Notes: generated by a model not told the origin, from the sequence alone. Shown: positions 27,506 through 40,400, counted from the stretch's first letter. The stretch is 64,000 nt of DNA from an uncultured Clostridia bacterium (GCA_948442695.1 CAOJSF010000002.1:132254-196253); one strand, 5' to 3'. A program made the numbers and translations.

Positions 27506-30500
27506 TTAATCATCAAAGTCGCCGAAGTCATCAAACAAATCAAGATTGTCAAGATCGTTTTTAGTTGTTTCTTCATAAACTTCTTTGACTTCTTCCGATT
27601 CTTCATCTGAAACGCTGTTCATATGTTCATCAAAGTCAAATATACTTTCAGCAAGGTCTTTTTCTGTATCTTGAGCCATTGCATTATTTGGTTGATCTTG
27701 TTCGTCCTGACTAAGTTCTGAAAGTGAAATTTCCTTTTCACCTTCTGCCAAAATCTTGACATCAAGTCCCAGAGCCTGCAATTCTTTCACAAGAACCTTA
27801 AATGATTCTGGAATTCCAGGTTCAGCAATAGGCAGACCTTTAATAATAGACTCATAAGTCCTAAGACGACCATTGAGGTCATCAGATTTTACAGTAAGCA
27901 TTTCTTGTAAGATATGGCTTGCACCATATGCTTCAAGAGCCCAAACTTCCATTTCACCAAATCTCTGACCACCGAAGAGTGATTTACCACCGAGTGGTTG
28001 TTGAGTAATAAGTGCATATGGCCCGATTGAACGAGCATGGATTTTTGAGTCAACCATGTGTTCAAGTTTAAGCATATATTTCACACCAACAGTAGAAAGG
28101 TTATCAAAAGGTTCACCAGTTCTACCATCGTAAAGTTGAATTTTTCCATCTTCACGGAAGTTGTTTTCAACAAGAAGTTCTTTAATATCTTGCATTGTCG
28201 CACCATCAAAGGCAGGAGTTGCAACCTTCCAGCCCAAAGTCTTAGCAACAAGACCGAGATGCACTTCCATAACCTGACCGATATTCATACGAGATGGAAT
28301 ACCGAGTGGGCTAAGCACGATATCAATAGGTTGACCATTTGCCATGAATGGCATATCTGCTTCAGGAAGAACGATTGAAACTACACCCTTGTTTCCGTGA
28401 CGACCTGACATCTTATCACCGACAGAAATTTTACGCTTTTGAGCAACAGTGACACGAACCATCATGTTTACGCCAGGTTCAAGGTCATCTTTATTTTTCT
28501 TTGAGAACACTTGAACATCAACAACAACACCACCCTTACCATGTTGAACACGAAGAGATGTATCTCTTACGTCTCTTGCCTTATCACCAAAGATGGCACG
28601 AAGAAGTCTCTCTTCTGGAGTGAGGTCTGTTTCACCCTTAGGTGTAACTTTTCCAACCAAAATATCATTTGGATGAACTTCAGCACCGATTCTGATGATA
28701 CCATTTTCATCAAGGTCTTTAAGTGCATCTTCACCGAGGTTTGGAATATCACGAGTGATAGCCTCATCACCGAGTTTTGTAGTTCTGCACTTAATTTCAT
28801 GGTCATAAAGTGTAATAGAAGTATAAACATCTTCTTTTACAAGTCTTTCATTAATTAAGATAGCGTCTTCGAAGTTTTGTCCTTCCCAGTTCATATAACC
28901 GATAAGAACGTTTTTACCAACGGCAAGTTCACCTCTGTCAGTTGAATATCCATCAGTCAAAACATCTCCTTCGCTTACCCTTTCGCCTTTCACAACACAA
29001 GGTCTTTGGTTGAAGCAAACATCATCGTTCGCTTTTGCAAATTTAGTGAGTGTATAGATATCTTCATCACCTTTTTCGGTAAGAACTCTGATTTCATCGG
29101 CTGAAACATATGTCACTTTTCCGGCACGCTTAGCAAGGATTACACATCCACTGTCATGTGCAGCAACTGCTTCCATACCAGTTCCTACAATAGGAGCCTC
29201 TGGTTTTATAACAGGCACAGCCTGACGTTGCATATTTGCACCCATGAGGGCACGGTTTGCTTCGTCACTGCCTACAAAAGGAATCAAACTTGTAGCAACA
29301 GAAACAAGTTGTTTTGGAGATACATCCATATAATCAACTTTGCTTGCTGGAACATCTATATTTGTTGAACCATGACGGCAGATAATATGAGAGTTGATGA
29401 AATGTCCTTCTTCATCTAAAGGTTCAATAGCCTGAGCGATATAACTTTCGTTTTCCACATCAGCCATTTTGAAAACGACATCATTTGTCACAACACCTCT
29501 TTCCTTGTCAACAACTCTATAAGGAGTCTCTAAGAAACCATAGTCATTTACACGAACATAAGTTGCAAGAGTGTTTAAAAGACCGATTGATTGACCTTCA
29601 GGAGTTTCGATAGGACAAATTCTTCCATAATGTGTATAGTGAATATCACGGATTTCAGGGTCTGCTCTCTCCTTTTTAATACCTCCAGGTCCGATAGCAG
29701 AAACACGGCGTTTCTGAGTGATACCAGAAAGAGGATTCTTTTGATCCATAATTTGAGACAACTGTGATTGAGAGAAGAAATCACGAAGTGCTTTATTTAC
29801 TGCTTTAGGATTCATGATTTGAGAAGGTGTAACTTCAACAAATTCACGACCTTGCAATGTTTCTTTTACATTTACAGAAAGTTTTGTAACACCACTTCTG
29901 AAAGCATTGCAGGTAAGTTCTCCAACAGTAGCAACACGCTTGTTTGAAAGGTGTTCGATTTTATCAATTCCAGCAAATCCTTCAAGAACATCAAGATAAG
30001 CAGAAACTGTTGCCAAAATATCATCCATAGTAAGAGTTGTAATTATAAGGTCTTTGGCATTTTCTTTAATAGTTTTAAGTGCCTCTTCTTTAGAAGCAGA
30101 TTCACTCAAGATTTGTTTAAGCACTGGATAGTATACATCTTCAAAAATTCCCAGTTCTTCTTGATTGCAATCAAGCACTTTTGAAAGAGTAACACGATTG
30201 TTTCCTCTAATAAGGTGACGTTTGCCATTAAATTGAATCCAAACTTCATTGATTCCTGCATTTTGAACAAGTTCTGCACTTTGTGCAGTAAACTCCTCAC
30301 CCGCTTTAACAAGGATTTCACCTTCAGAAACGATGTTGTCAGCGTTGATAAGACCAGGAAGACGCTCTTTTAAAGCAAGTTTTTTGTTTACTTTATATCT
30401 TCCAACCTTTGAAAGATTATAGTATGCATCTGTGAAGAAAGAAGCATTTAAGAAACTTCTTGTGCTTTCAACTGATGGGACATCAGTTGGTCTTGTTTTT

Positions 30501-31210
30501 CTTGAAAATTCAAGCAAACATTCATCTTGAGTTGTTTGAGTCTCTTTTTCAATAACATATTTGATATAACGATTGTCACCAAAAAGTCTGATGATTTCTT
30601 CATTAGAGAAACCAAAGCATTTCAAAAATACACCAAGACTTATTACACTCTTACGCTCTAAAACAATTTTTAAGTTTTCATTTGCACCCTGTTTGATTTC
30701 AATCCAAGTTCCATGAACAGGAATCATTTGTGCTTTGAGGGTTGCATTGTTTTCTTTTTCTCTTGTAAGATAAACGCTAGGTGCTCTCACAATCTGATTG
30801 ATAACAACTCTTTCAATACCATTAAAGACAAAAGAGCCTTGATCAGTCATCATAGGCACATCACCCATAAAAACTTCTTGTTCAACAGCCTGTCCAGTTT
30901 CTTCAACGACAAAACGAGCCTTTACTTTTAAAGGTGAAGAATAAGTTGCTCCTCTTCTTTTGCATTCCTTCACATCATAGTTTGGCTCTTGAAAAGGTAA
31001 AATTTCGGTAATATACAATTTTGCCTTACCAGAATAATCTGTCACAGGGAAAAACTCTTCAAGAGTTTTCTTGATTCCTTTACTCAAAAAATCCTTATAA
31101 GATTTTTTCTGAATTTCGAGAAGTGGTGGGACTTTGATAAGTTCTTCACATTGACCAAAGGTCATTCTCTCTACTTTGCCTTGCTTAACTTTTCTAACAT
31201 TAACAGACAT
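27506..31210 (-). CDS. rpoB: DNA-directed RNA polymerase subunit beta, with acidic C-terminal tail
   Basis: 1234 aa. Conserved blocks GTWIEI, RxxSALGPGG-like [17 protein letters not shown] and [23 protein letters not shown]. About 80 aa of acidic tail end in DDFGDFDD. Confidence 0.97.
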   Translation of the reverse strand: MSVNVRKVKQGKVERMTFGQCEELIKVPPLLEIQKKSYKDFLSKGIKKTLEEFFPVTDYSGKAKLYITEILPFQEPNYDVKECKRRGATYSSPLKVKARFVVEETGQAVEQEVFMGDVPMMTDQGSFVFNGIERVVINQIVRAPSVYLTREKENNATLKAQMIPVHGTWIEIKQGANENLKIVLERKSVISLGVFLKCFGFSNEEIIRLFGDNRYIKYVIEKETQTTQDECLLEFSRKTRPTDVPSVESTRSFLNASFFTDAYYNLSKVGRYKVNKKLALKERLPGLINADNIVSEGEILVKAGEEFTAQSAELVQNAGINEVWIQFNGKRHLIRGNNRVTLSKVLDCNQEELGIFEDVYYPVLKQILSESASKEEALKTIKENAKDLIITTLTMDDILATVSAYLDVLEGFAGIDKIEHLSNKRVATVGELTCNAFRSGVTKLSVNVKETLQGREFVEVTPSQIMNPKAVNKALRDFFSQSQLSQIMDQKNPLSGITQKRRVSAIGPGGIKKERADPEIRDIHYTHYGRICPIETPEGQSIGLLNTLATYVRVNDYGFLETPYRVVDKERGVVTNDVVFKMADVENESYIAQAIEPLDEEGHFINSHIICRHGSTNIDVPASKVDYMDVSPKQLVSVATSLIPFVGSDEANRALMGANMQRQAVPVIKPEAPIVGTGMEAVAAHDSGCVILAKRAGKVTYVSADEIRVLTEKGDEDIYTLTKFAKANDDVCFNQRPCVVKGERVSEGDVLTDGYSTDRGELAVGKNVLIGYMNWEGQNFEDAILINERLVKEDVYTSITLYDHEIKCRTTKLGDEAITRDIPNLGEDALKDLDENGIIRIGAEVHPNDILVGKVTPKGETDLTPEERLLRAIFGDKARDVRDTSLRVQHGKGGVVVDVQVFSKKNKDDLEPGVNMMVRVTVAQKRKISVGDKMSGRHGNKGVVSIVLPEADMPFMANGQPIDIVLSPLGIPSRMNIGQVMEVHLGLVAKTLGWKVATPAFDGATMQDIKELLVENNFREDGKIQLYDGRTGEPFDNLSTVGVKYMLKLEHMVDSKIHARSIGPYALITQQPLGGKSLFGGQRFGEMEVWALEAYGASHILQEMLTVKSDDLNGRLRTYESIIKGLPIAEPGIPESFKVLVKELQALGLDVKILAEGEKEISLSELSQDEQDQPNNAMAQDTEKDLAESIFDFDEHMNSVSDEESEEVKEVYEETTKNDLDNLDLFDDFGDFDD

Positions 31211-31335
31211 TTATCTCTCCTTACTAAGTGACTCTATACACAAAAAAGGCCTTTATGGCACAAAAAAGCCCATAATAGCCCATAATCTATTCAATTAATT
31301 ACTATTTTTTTGTTTCACTGTCACGAATATGTATA

Positions 31336-31365
31336 ATTATAACAAACTTTTTTATTGTATGTCAA
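31336..31365 (-). promoter_or_regulatory. Strong sigma-70-type promoter of rpoBC
   Basis: On the minus strand: TTGACA (31365-31360), 18-nt spacer, extended -10 TGtTATAAT (-10 hexamer at 31341-31336). This implies a leader of about 118 nt. Confidence 0.6.
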
Positions 31366-31623
31366 TAATTTTTTTACAATTTTTTAAACTTTATACATTT
31401 TTTTTGAAACAACTTTGCAAGTTTTGCCTTTTATTGTAGAAAGATGTATCTTATTTTTCAATACAACCTTTTGACTCTAAAAATTATAATCACCAACTTC
31501 AATTTTGTTTTTTTATAAAATACTTAATTTCTCAGGTTGATATTGTATTGATATTTTTCTTAAACAATAATTTTTTATTTATCACTATTAAAAAATTATA
31601 AATATATTTAATGATACTTTATA

Positions 31624-31655
31624 TAAAAAAAGCATATCTTTTGATATACTTTTTT
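31624..31655. terminator. Bidirectional terminator downstream of the 78-aa ORF
   Basis: Hairpin AGCATATC-tttt-GATATACT flanked by an A6 run and a T5 run. On the minus strand it follows the ORF stop at 31731. Confidence 0.55.
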
Positions 31656-31730
31656 ATCATACTTAAATTTCACAAAATTTCTAAAATGTTTTATTTTGAA
31701 TATGTCAGAAAAACAAATCATACTCAAATT

Positions 31731-31967
31731 CTACTTTTTCAACTCTTCCGCCTGCTTTTTAAGACTATCAACATATTTTGATAATGTCTCGAAAGATTTT
31801 AAACTGGTTTCCATTAATTCTTGTATTTCAGGCGTAATTCCACCCTCCGCAAGTTTGATGATTTTTTCTCTCTCCTCATTTAACAAAGTCAAAAGGTCTA
31901 ATGCTTCTGTAAGTCTTGCGTTGATTTTTGTGTATTCTTCTAAAGTTTTATTATCTTGAGAACTCAT
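31731..31967 (-). CDS. Small (78 aa) predicted helical-hairpin protein, translationally coupled to the LRR gene
   Basis: ATG at 31967 lies 6 nt after GGAGGAGG, which is encoded by the EEEE codons of the upstream gene. It overlaps that gene by 17 nt. The sequence MSSQDNKTLEEYTKINARLTEALDLL...AEGGITPE...LKKQAEELKK reads as two helices with a central turn. Confidence 0.6.
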   Translation of the reverse strand: MSSQDNKTLEEYTKINARLTEALDLLTLLNEEREKIIKLAEGGITPEIQELMETSLKSFETLSKYVDSLKKQAEELKK

Positions 31968-34197
31968 CTTCTTCCTCCTCCCATAAAACATATTGTTCTT
32001 TATGCCAGTCACCGCTCCAACTTCCACTGCCTGCATATTTATAGTCATCAAAGTTTGGCGCTTTCAATATCTCACTCTTTGGATTTTCCCTTATATAATC
32101 ATTGATTGCCGTCCAGTTTGGTGAGCATCCACAAGTGACTTTTCTTATAGGCTTGGCAGAGTTCTCTATGTTATACTCTTTTACAAATGCCTCAACTCCC
32201 TCAACTGCCTTTTCATATATTGACCTTCTCTGAGAGTCGCTTTCGTCATATGATATATTGACCTCAAAATCATTGACAACTGCATAACCCTCTTCTCTAT
32301 TGACATAGATTATTCCAAAACTTACTATATTCCCATTAAAATCTTTTATTGCAAGCGGTTGTATATCTGGATGTATTATCATTGCCCTCATTGCTCCCGC
32401 TCCCGCTCCATATAGTCTTGCACAACAACTTGTGTAACATCCGATTGCAAAGTTGACTGGGTCACTTTTGTCAAGGACTTCATAGGTGAAGATGTGTGAT
32501 GTGTCTTCTTTCTCTTGTGCCAAAATTTCTTTTGATGTGTCAAGTATGTGGTTGCTTAAGGATTGTGTCTTTTCTCGATATTCATCCAAACTCGCAATTC
32601 GCCCCTGAGAAACCTTTGTTTTCAGCACATTTTCTATGCCTTTGGCCTCTCTTTCTTCATCAATCTCTTTGGCTTTATCAAAATGTTTCTGTTCATAGAT
32701 ATTGTGTTTATCTATCTCCTGTGCAATTTCATGATCTCTTGCTGTCGTCAAGCCTGAAAACTTTTTGTTTGCAAATTCTTTCTTAAAAAGTTCTACTGTT
32801 GGTCTAAGCCACTTTATCTTGTCAACACCATTCTGCATTGTTTTGTAGACGAGTAGTCTATATCTATTCTCTTCAGTATGTGGCAACTCGTCATTTGATA
32901 ATTCTTCTTGCAGGTCTATTTTCTCTCGCTCGAGATACCACTCATATATTCTAGGCAACAATTCTGGCTCCTGACAAACATCATTCCAGTTGGTTTTATT
33001 TAAACAAAATTTTAAAAATTCTTCATTAAATCCTTGAAATTGCAATCCTTGAAAATTTCTATGCATTGACTTAAAATCTAATTCACCTCTGTTTTGAAGC
33101 CCTTGCAAGAATGTGTAAGCCACATCTTTAACTGTAATTTCTTTACCACTTAATTTTATGGTTTTGTCTTTGTCCTCAAATGCACCTAAAACAGAACACA
33201 AATTGCAATAGTCGTAGAGGTTTATTGCCATATCTACCGAATTATTTGATTCAATGAGTTTGATTATTTTGTTTATCTGCTTTTGCGTAATATTTTCAAA
33301 GATTTTTTTAATTCTTCCTTGACTGACCATGCTTCTCAATACTTCACAATGCAAATCCAAACTTTTTCCATTGCAAATAATTGTATTGACACCATTATAC
33401 AAATTTCTTCCTATTGATAATATTGAATCAGGAATTATAATATTTGTTAAACTTTCACAATTATAAAATGCATATTCACCTATTACTTTCACTGAATTTG
33501 GAATCGTAATATTTTTTAAATTTGTGCAGCCATCAAATGCCTGTATTCCTATTTCCGTTACTGAGTCTGGAATTGTTATGTTTATTAAATTTTTACAATC
33601 ACCAAATGCATATTCACCTATTACTTTCACTGAATTCGGAATTGTTATGTTTGTTAAATTTGTGCATCTCCAGAATACACCTTTTTTTATTTCCGTTACT
33701 GAATCAGGAATTATAATATTTGTTAAACTTTCACACTTATAAAATGCATCTTCACCTATTACTTTCACTGAATTCGGAATTGTAATTTTTGTTAAATTTT
33801 CACACTTATAAAATGCACCGTCACCTATTACTTTCACTGAATTTGGAATCGTAATATTTTTTAAATTTGTGCAGCCATCAAATGCCTGTATTCCTATTTC
33901 CGTTACTGAGTCTGGAATTGTTATGTTTGTTAAACTTTCACAATTATAAAATGCATATTCACCTATTACTTTCACTGAATTTGGAATCGTAATATTTTTT
34001 AAATTTGTGCAGCCATCGAATACACCTTTTTTTATTTCCGTTACTGAGTCTGGAATTGTTATGTTTGTTAAATTTTCACAATTATGAAATGCACGGTCAC
34101 CTATTGCTGTGATTCCATCCCATATTTTTTTATTCTTGTTTATTTCAGCAACATCAGAATCATTCACACTGACAAGAATGCCATTTTCAACTTTCAT
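31951..34197 (-). CDS. BspA-type leucine-rich-repeat protein with an uncharacterised Cys-rich C-terminal domain
   Basis: 748 aa from ATG 34197, preceded by AGAGGTG. About ten 23-aa repeats (ITIPNSVKVIGEYAFYNCESLTN / ITIPDSVTEIGIQAFDGCTNLKN), which is the LRR_5/BspA type. No N-terminal hydrophobic signal. The C-terminal ~480 aa contain CYTSCCARLYGAGAGAMR and VTCGCSPNW, and I recognise no family. Confidence 0.75.
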   Translation of the reverse strand: MKVENGILVSVNDSDVAEINKNKKIWDGITAIGDRAFHNCENLTNITIPDSVTEIKKGVFDGCTNLKNITIPNSVKVIGEYAFYNCESLTNITIPDSVTEIGIQAFDGCTNLKNITIPNSVKVIGDGAFYKCENLTKITIPNSVKVIGEDAFYKCESLTNIIIPDSVTEIKKGVFWRCTNLTNITIPNSVKVIGEYAFGDCKNLINITIPDSVTEIGIQAFDGCTNLKNITIPNSVKVIGEYAFYNCESLTNIIIPDSILSIGRNLYNGVNTIICNGKSLDLHCEVLRSMVSQGRIKKIFENITQKQINKIIKLIESNNSVDMAINLYDYCNLCSVLGAFEDKDKTIKLSGKEITVKDVAYTFLQGLQNRGELDFKSMHRNFQGLQFQGFNEEFLKFCLNKTNWNDVCQEPELLPRIYEWYLEREKIDLQEELSNDELPHTEENRYRLLVYKTMQNGVDKIKWLRPTVELFKKEFANKKFSGLTTARDHEIAQEIDKHNIYEQKHFDKAKEIDEEREAKGIENVLKTKVSQGRIASLDEYREKTQSLSNHILDTSKEILAQEKEDTSHIFTYEVLDKSDPVNFAIGCYTSCCARLYGAGAGAMRAMIIHPDIQPLAIKDFNGNIVSFGIIYVNREEGYAVVNDFEVNISYDESDSQRRSIYEKAVEGVEAFVKEYNIENSAKPIRKVTCGCSPNWTAINDYIRENPKSEILKAPNFDDYKYAGSGSWSGDWHKEQYVLWEEEEDEFSR
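33476..34019. repeat. Near-identical 69-bp-periodic DNA repeats inside the LRR gene
   Basis: 33476-33583 is identical to 33821-33928 (108 bp, offset 345 = 5 x 69). A third long match starts near 33939-33959 (offset 483 = 7 x 69). Confidence 0.85.
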
Positions 34198-34394
34198 AAT
34201 TTCACACCTCTGCAAAAATCGTGAGCATAATCTTTATATTTTTATTATATCAAAAATATCAAAATTGTCAAGTCTAAACATATGATATTAAAACACTTAC
34301 AACATTCTTATTATTCTTTTACACTTAAAATATCTCATATTCCTTTTATCATAGTATTTCTAAAAAATGTCTTATTTTCACTATTTTTGTGAAC

Positions 34395-34428
34395 AAAAAA
34401 AAAAAAAACGCTAGGTCTCCCCAGCGTC
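34395..34428 (-). terminator. Strong rho-independent terminator after the giant gene
   Basis: On the minus strand: ACGCTGGG-gaga-CCTAGCGT, an 8-bp stem with one G-U pair, followed by T14. Confidence 0.8.
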
Positions 34429-34437
34429 TTTTTCAAA

Positions 34438-37400
34438 TTAAGTCATATTGATCCATTTAAAATTGTCTTCAATATACAAAGTTGACAACGAATTGAAACT
34501 TGTTTTCCATACCTCATTTAAATATATATTCATATTATCAAAATCTACTTTGGCTATAAAAATACCATCTTTGATTCTTTCATATCCAAATGTAACAATT
34601 TGCCTATCACCCTCGCCTTCAACATTGACAACATTTCTATAACTTTCTCCATCACTGCCCTTATATAAAATAATTTGTTGCAGATTTTCGGTGATTGTCA
34701 TAGACCATTTGTCACGATAATCTTTTTTCTTCTCTTCTTCTGAAGCATCTTCATCAGGTTCTGCTTTTTGATAATAAACATATTGTTCAGTTTCATTATT
34801 GTTTCTGACAATTTTTATATTGCCATTTGTAAACCAGTCTTTTGAAGTATTATAATAAAGTTCTGTTCCAACCATCAACTCATTTGTTGGAAGAGGATTA
34901 GGTTCGCTATCCAACAAGTTCCATGTGTTACCATCATCACCACTTACCTCTCTACCTTTATAATCAAAATCATCCTTGATTTGATATATATTTCCATAAA
35001 GATTTCTAAGTCTATCTGCAGAAACTCCAGATACTTCTTGTGATAGTTTGTTTACATATTCCATAGCAGAAACGCCATAATTATTTAAAGTAAAATTCAT
35101 TAAGTTGTTTTTTGCCCTGCTATAAAATTTTGCATATTCATTGTTTGCTTTGTAAACTTGATAATTTTCCAACTTCCATATTTCATCATTCATTTCTTCA
35201 GGATTTGTAAATTTAGGGTTATCGCTTTCTGTAAATGATTTATTTCCACTACCATCTTTTACCTTGCCTGCACCCAAATAATATACATTATTGTAAGAAT
35301 CGTTGTTTACAACTTTATGAACATATTCAAACAACCCATTATTTGAAGAATTTATTTCAATTTCATCAAATTCTTTGTTTGTACCCAGTGCTTTAATGTC
35401 ATAAACTCTTGCATCTATAATAGAGGTTGTATAGCAATAAGAAAGAACAGGCTCTTTTGTAGAATAACCTATCAATCCACCGGCTTGAGCGGCCGAACCT
35501 ATACCCATAGTATGAGTATCAATATAAAGATTTGAAATACAATAACTATTTTTCATTTCAAGAGAAGAGTAAAGTTCGTCTCGAACGTAACCTACAACTC
35601 CGCCTAGTTTTGGTTTTTCTTGTCTACCTTTAACAGTGAGTTTGTCTGACTTTACTGCAACGCCATCAATAACGAGTGCTGAATTTACCGTTCCAACAGC
35701 GCCACCGACATTGACTGTACCAGTAATATCGGCATTTATAACACTATCTTCAAGCATAGATATTCTTCCATCTGAAGCATGGACGTAACCTATCAAACCA
35801 CCTACGTTTTCAACTATTGTCTGATTTTGTTCATTATAAAGTTCAAAACTTTGTTCATTTAAGACATTTGAGATTTTTCCGCCACAGAATTTACCAGCAA
35901 TTCCGCCGACAGCCATAGGCACTTTTGGAGAACCTACAAATGAAAATTCAGTAGAACCATTATTTGAAACATATGCATGATTTAAATTACCAGAATTTTC
36001 ACCAACAATATAACCAGCATAGAAATTTGATCTTATTTTCATTCCTTTTGTAACATCTGCAAAAGCATAATCTACATTTGCACCATTTCCTATTCCACCA
36101 AAGAGGATACCTGCTTTGCTTCCTGTGACAGATGTTATTTTCTTGACATGAGCATTTTGAACTTTACCTTTGCCTACAAATCCTATCAGGCCACCAGCAT
36201 AAGAATGTCTATTTTCCTGTGAAACATTTTCTATATATTGTTCGTCAACAACAGGAGTATAAACAGACCAAATGTCAGCATCGCTATAAATATCTTTTGC
36301 TTCAAAAGCCGTGTCTGCCTTTCCTATAATTCCACCAACAAAGTTTAGTCCTGAAACAGCAGACAAGTTGTTGCTGTAAGCATCCACAGTAATATCATAG
36401 ATATAACCATGTCTAAGCGTTCCAGCAAGAGTTCCAACATTGTTTGTATTGTTGAAAATCACCTCTTTTGGAGATATTTTAAGATTTTTTACTGAACCTG
36501 TCTTACTTGCTGAATAACCTATCTGAGAGAATAGACCACCATTTGTGCGAGTATTCATATAAACAAGTCCTATGCTTGAAATTTCCATTCCATTGCCTTC
36601 AAAATTTCCAGCATAAATTACTTTATAAAGATTTGAATGACCTTTAAAATCAACATAATTTACATTGCTTATCATTCTGTAATCTGTTGTATTAATATTG
36701 TTTGAAGCGGTTTGATTGAGAATTTCATTTTCCATTGACTGAGCATCATAAATCAATCTAGGATTATGCAATGAGCCCCTCTCTGGAGCGGACATATCAT
36801 CAGTATAGAAATATGTGATTTCATCTGTTGCTTCATCAATTTCAGAACGATCAAAGTTTCTAAGTGAAAGCACTCTAGTATTTGGCGCAACAAGAGAAAG
36901 TCTATTTTTACCAAACATCATAAGTTCTCTGTTGTAAACAGTATTACTTTGATTATTTCCTTCATCACCAGGTAGAACAATTTTTTCTGTTGTTGGAATA
37001 TAATCAACAAAGTATTCTGATTGATAACCTTGCGAGAAGAACCAAACAGATCTTGCACTTACATTTTCATCATAAGAATAACTGTTAAAATATTTTTCAA
37101 TATCAGCAAACTGCCCCTGAGTCAATCTTTGAACGCCTTCAATTGTCACATCATAAAGTGAAACATTGATGTCAATATTGTTTTCTCCAGTGACATAATG
37201 CCCTTCTTTTCTCAGTTGTTCAATTCTATCCTGATCATTGCTAGGCGCCTGCAAGTTGTAAAGATAATAACAATTTTCAAATTGACCATTGCCACCATCA
37301 AAACTATTTTCCTTTACAAAGCCTGCTGAAGCAGTTGTATTATTTCTTAAAATTGACAATGAGAAGGAATTTCTTATAGTTCCACCATTTCTATAAACAA

Positions 37401-40400
37401 AGCCAGCCATATCAGAAGAAGTTTTCGAAAGGTTTATATCAGTATAACAATCTTTAATTGTCCCCGCATTATTATAAACAAAACCTGCACCAGCAAGAGT
37501 AGACGATATTTCACTTTGACTATCTTTACTGAATAGATTTGTGTTTATTTGTTTTCCTGAAACATAACTTGTGATAATTTGAGCATCCTTAGAATTTGTT
37601 ATCGCAAGACCGCCTATATGTTGATCATACTGAGAGTTATTGATGAGAATACCTTTTTCAAAATAGCATCCTGCAATCTTGCCATTATTTTGAGCAACAA
37701 GACCAGCCAAATTGAAAGGCACTTTTGCATTTATGCTTACTCCACTATTTGTGATGTAACCACTGTTATAACCACATAGACCACCAACATAACTATTATT
37801 AGTAATTGCATTGTCGGCTTTTACAGCCAAATAATATTTGTCTTCAGACAATACATCTGAATAAACTCGGCAGTTTGTGATTATTCCCATATTTTGGGCA
37901 ACAATGCTTCCAAAAACAAAGTTTTCTGCTGTTGTGATAAATTTGACAGTCTTTAGACCATACCAACCATAAACAGAATCATTTATGTCTGTATTAAGGT
38001 CAGAACCATTATTTAAGGTTGTGTAATTTACAATAAGGTTTTTAATAATAGAGCCAGCATTTAAAGTATGGAACAAACCGATATCAGTCAATGCACCCAT
38101 ATCATAAATTCCAGCAAAATTAATTGCATGGCCATTTCCATCAAATGATGCAAAATCTCCATTTAAAGGAGTAAATGCACTCGCACCACTCTCTTCTGAT
38201 GTTGAAGGAAGAGTTATGTCATTAAGCAAGATATAATAGCCACCACTTTGCATATTTGTAAGATCTGAATAAGTGTAAATAGGAATAGGACTTTCTTCAC
38301 TGCTTGAAGAATAAACACTGAAAACAAAGGTTGTCTCAATCTTTCTTGCAGTATCTTCAGCACCTTCATCTTTTACTACATAAACACCATTTTCAGAGTC
38401 GAAATATGCACAATAGTCTATATAATAGAACTTTTCAACAGGTTGATGAGTCCTCTTTGGAATCAAACTCAATCCGTCTGATGTGAAATAATAATTATCA
38501 TGTTGTCTATTTTCAACTGAATTGTATCCCAACAAATATCTCTTTCTATCTTCGTTTGTTGGGTCTGCCATTTTATAATCAGGTTGATCATCTGAAATAA
38601 GGTTTGTTATGGTCTCCCATCTTCCCTCTTTTTCAAGAGAAGATATAAATTCTTCAATCTTGTTTTTCACACCACTTATTGAAGGATTATATTCAATGTA
38701 GTCATAAATGTCTAAGCCTAATGTGCTTTTTGTCCCCACTTGAACATTTATTACACCATTACTCATTCCCTTTACAATATCAGAATTTTTATCAAAATTG
38801 TTATTATAATTTAAAACATATTCAAAAACAACAATCTTAGTTTTACTTTCTGCTGTTCTGACAGTTTCGCCATCTTTTTGTGTGGCTTTTGTAGTCAAAA
38901 TAATTTCATTTTTGTTGCCATTAAAATCAATAGCACTTTCGGAAATATTTAAATAATAATTTCCATTTTCAAATGTGACTTTACCTATAGAATTATCCGA
39001 AGTTATGCTTATGCTATCCTGTCTAAATCCATAAGAATTTATATTAAGTTTATATTTTAAGCCACGAGCCACTTCATATGTATGATAAATTCCATTTTGA
39101 TTTGTTGAAACAGGTTCTTTTCCGTCAACCTCAACTGCTACATAATTTTGTAGTTTTACTGTCAATTCTTTACTTGACGAATAATAAGAATTTCCATCCT
39201 TCCAAACAGAAACATTTATTTTTGACTTACTTAAATCGCTTACACCTGAAGAACTGAGGTTGTATTTGATATAAATTACACCATCATAATTTTTATAGCC
39301 TTTCCTAGCATAGATAGCGATAAGGTCATTTAATGTTATTTTAAAACCATTTCCAACGATTGAACCTGCGATAATATTGTCATCAAACATAGGATTATTT
39401 TTGTTTAATTCACTATCTGTAGACAAGTCATTTCTTGCAAGCAAACTAAATAAAGCAATTGCCCTATTATTTGCAAGGTTTTGTTCGTCATTTTCAATTA
39501 AAATATAATCAAAGTCACTATCAGATGGTTTCACCGTCAAGACAAGAAGTCCAGCCTCGCCTGGATAAGCCAAATCAGATGTGCTTGTCAGACCATCTTG
39601 ATTGTCATTCAAATTTGTATAATTGTCAATAACAATAGACTGAACACCAGTTTTTTCAAAATTTATTTCAATATTTCTTGAAACAGTTGAATTGCTTGAA
39701 GACTCTAAATGAAGCAAATAACTACCATATATATCTTTAATATATCTTTCTTGATATAACTCACAATTTGTATTTATTATAATTTCCAAACTAAATATAT
39801 GTTTGAAAGTTCCATTTGTTGAAGAATTAGATGTAGGCTGAGTAGAAATTTTATTAAATTTAAGGATAAACAAAAATTCTGCTTTATTTGAAATTTCATA
39901 ATTGATTTTATCATTAATGATATCACCCTGCAAAGGTTTATCGTTAAGACCCAACATATAATATTTTGGCAAATCTTCTTTTTCATCTGTTGAAATTATC
40001 GTAATTTCATCATAAATTTTCCCACTTGTGACAATAGAAACACCGTTATAATTCTTGTTGTTTAAACTTATTGCCCCAAATTTATAATCTACAACCGCTT
40101 CTTCAAGGGTCTTGTTTGTTGAAGTAGTATAAATATTTCCATCAATAACCTGTTTTAAAATAGGCTTAATTTGAAGTCTATAATCACCTTCCAAAGAATT
40201 ATCTTTTCTTCTGATAGTGATAATCTGACCTACAACACTTATGTCAAGTGGGTTTTCACTTTCATCGTAGAATTTTTGATTTTGTTCATAATTTTCAGAA
40301 TCAGATTTTGTTTTATATAAAACACTACTTGTATTTCTATCATCAAACACTCTTACACTTGCAGTAAGGTCTGTATTTTGTGCCAAATAGAAACTTACAT

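Noticed and set aside
23955-31210. Many 60-200-aa antisense or alternate-frame ORFs inside rpoB and rpoC (for example 26262-26858 and 25228-25617)
   Set aside because: They are fully embedded in highly conserved genes, have low-complexity translations and no RBS. Such spurious ORFs are expected in AT-rich DNA.
31211-31335. Possible attenuator in the rpoB leader (direct repeat TATGGGC twice and the small hairpin GCC-ataaa-GGC plus T6 on the minus strand)
   Set aside because: The stems are only 3-4 bp, which is too weak to call a terminator or riboswitch without covariation data.
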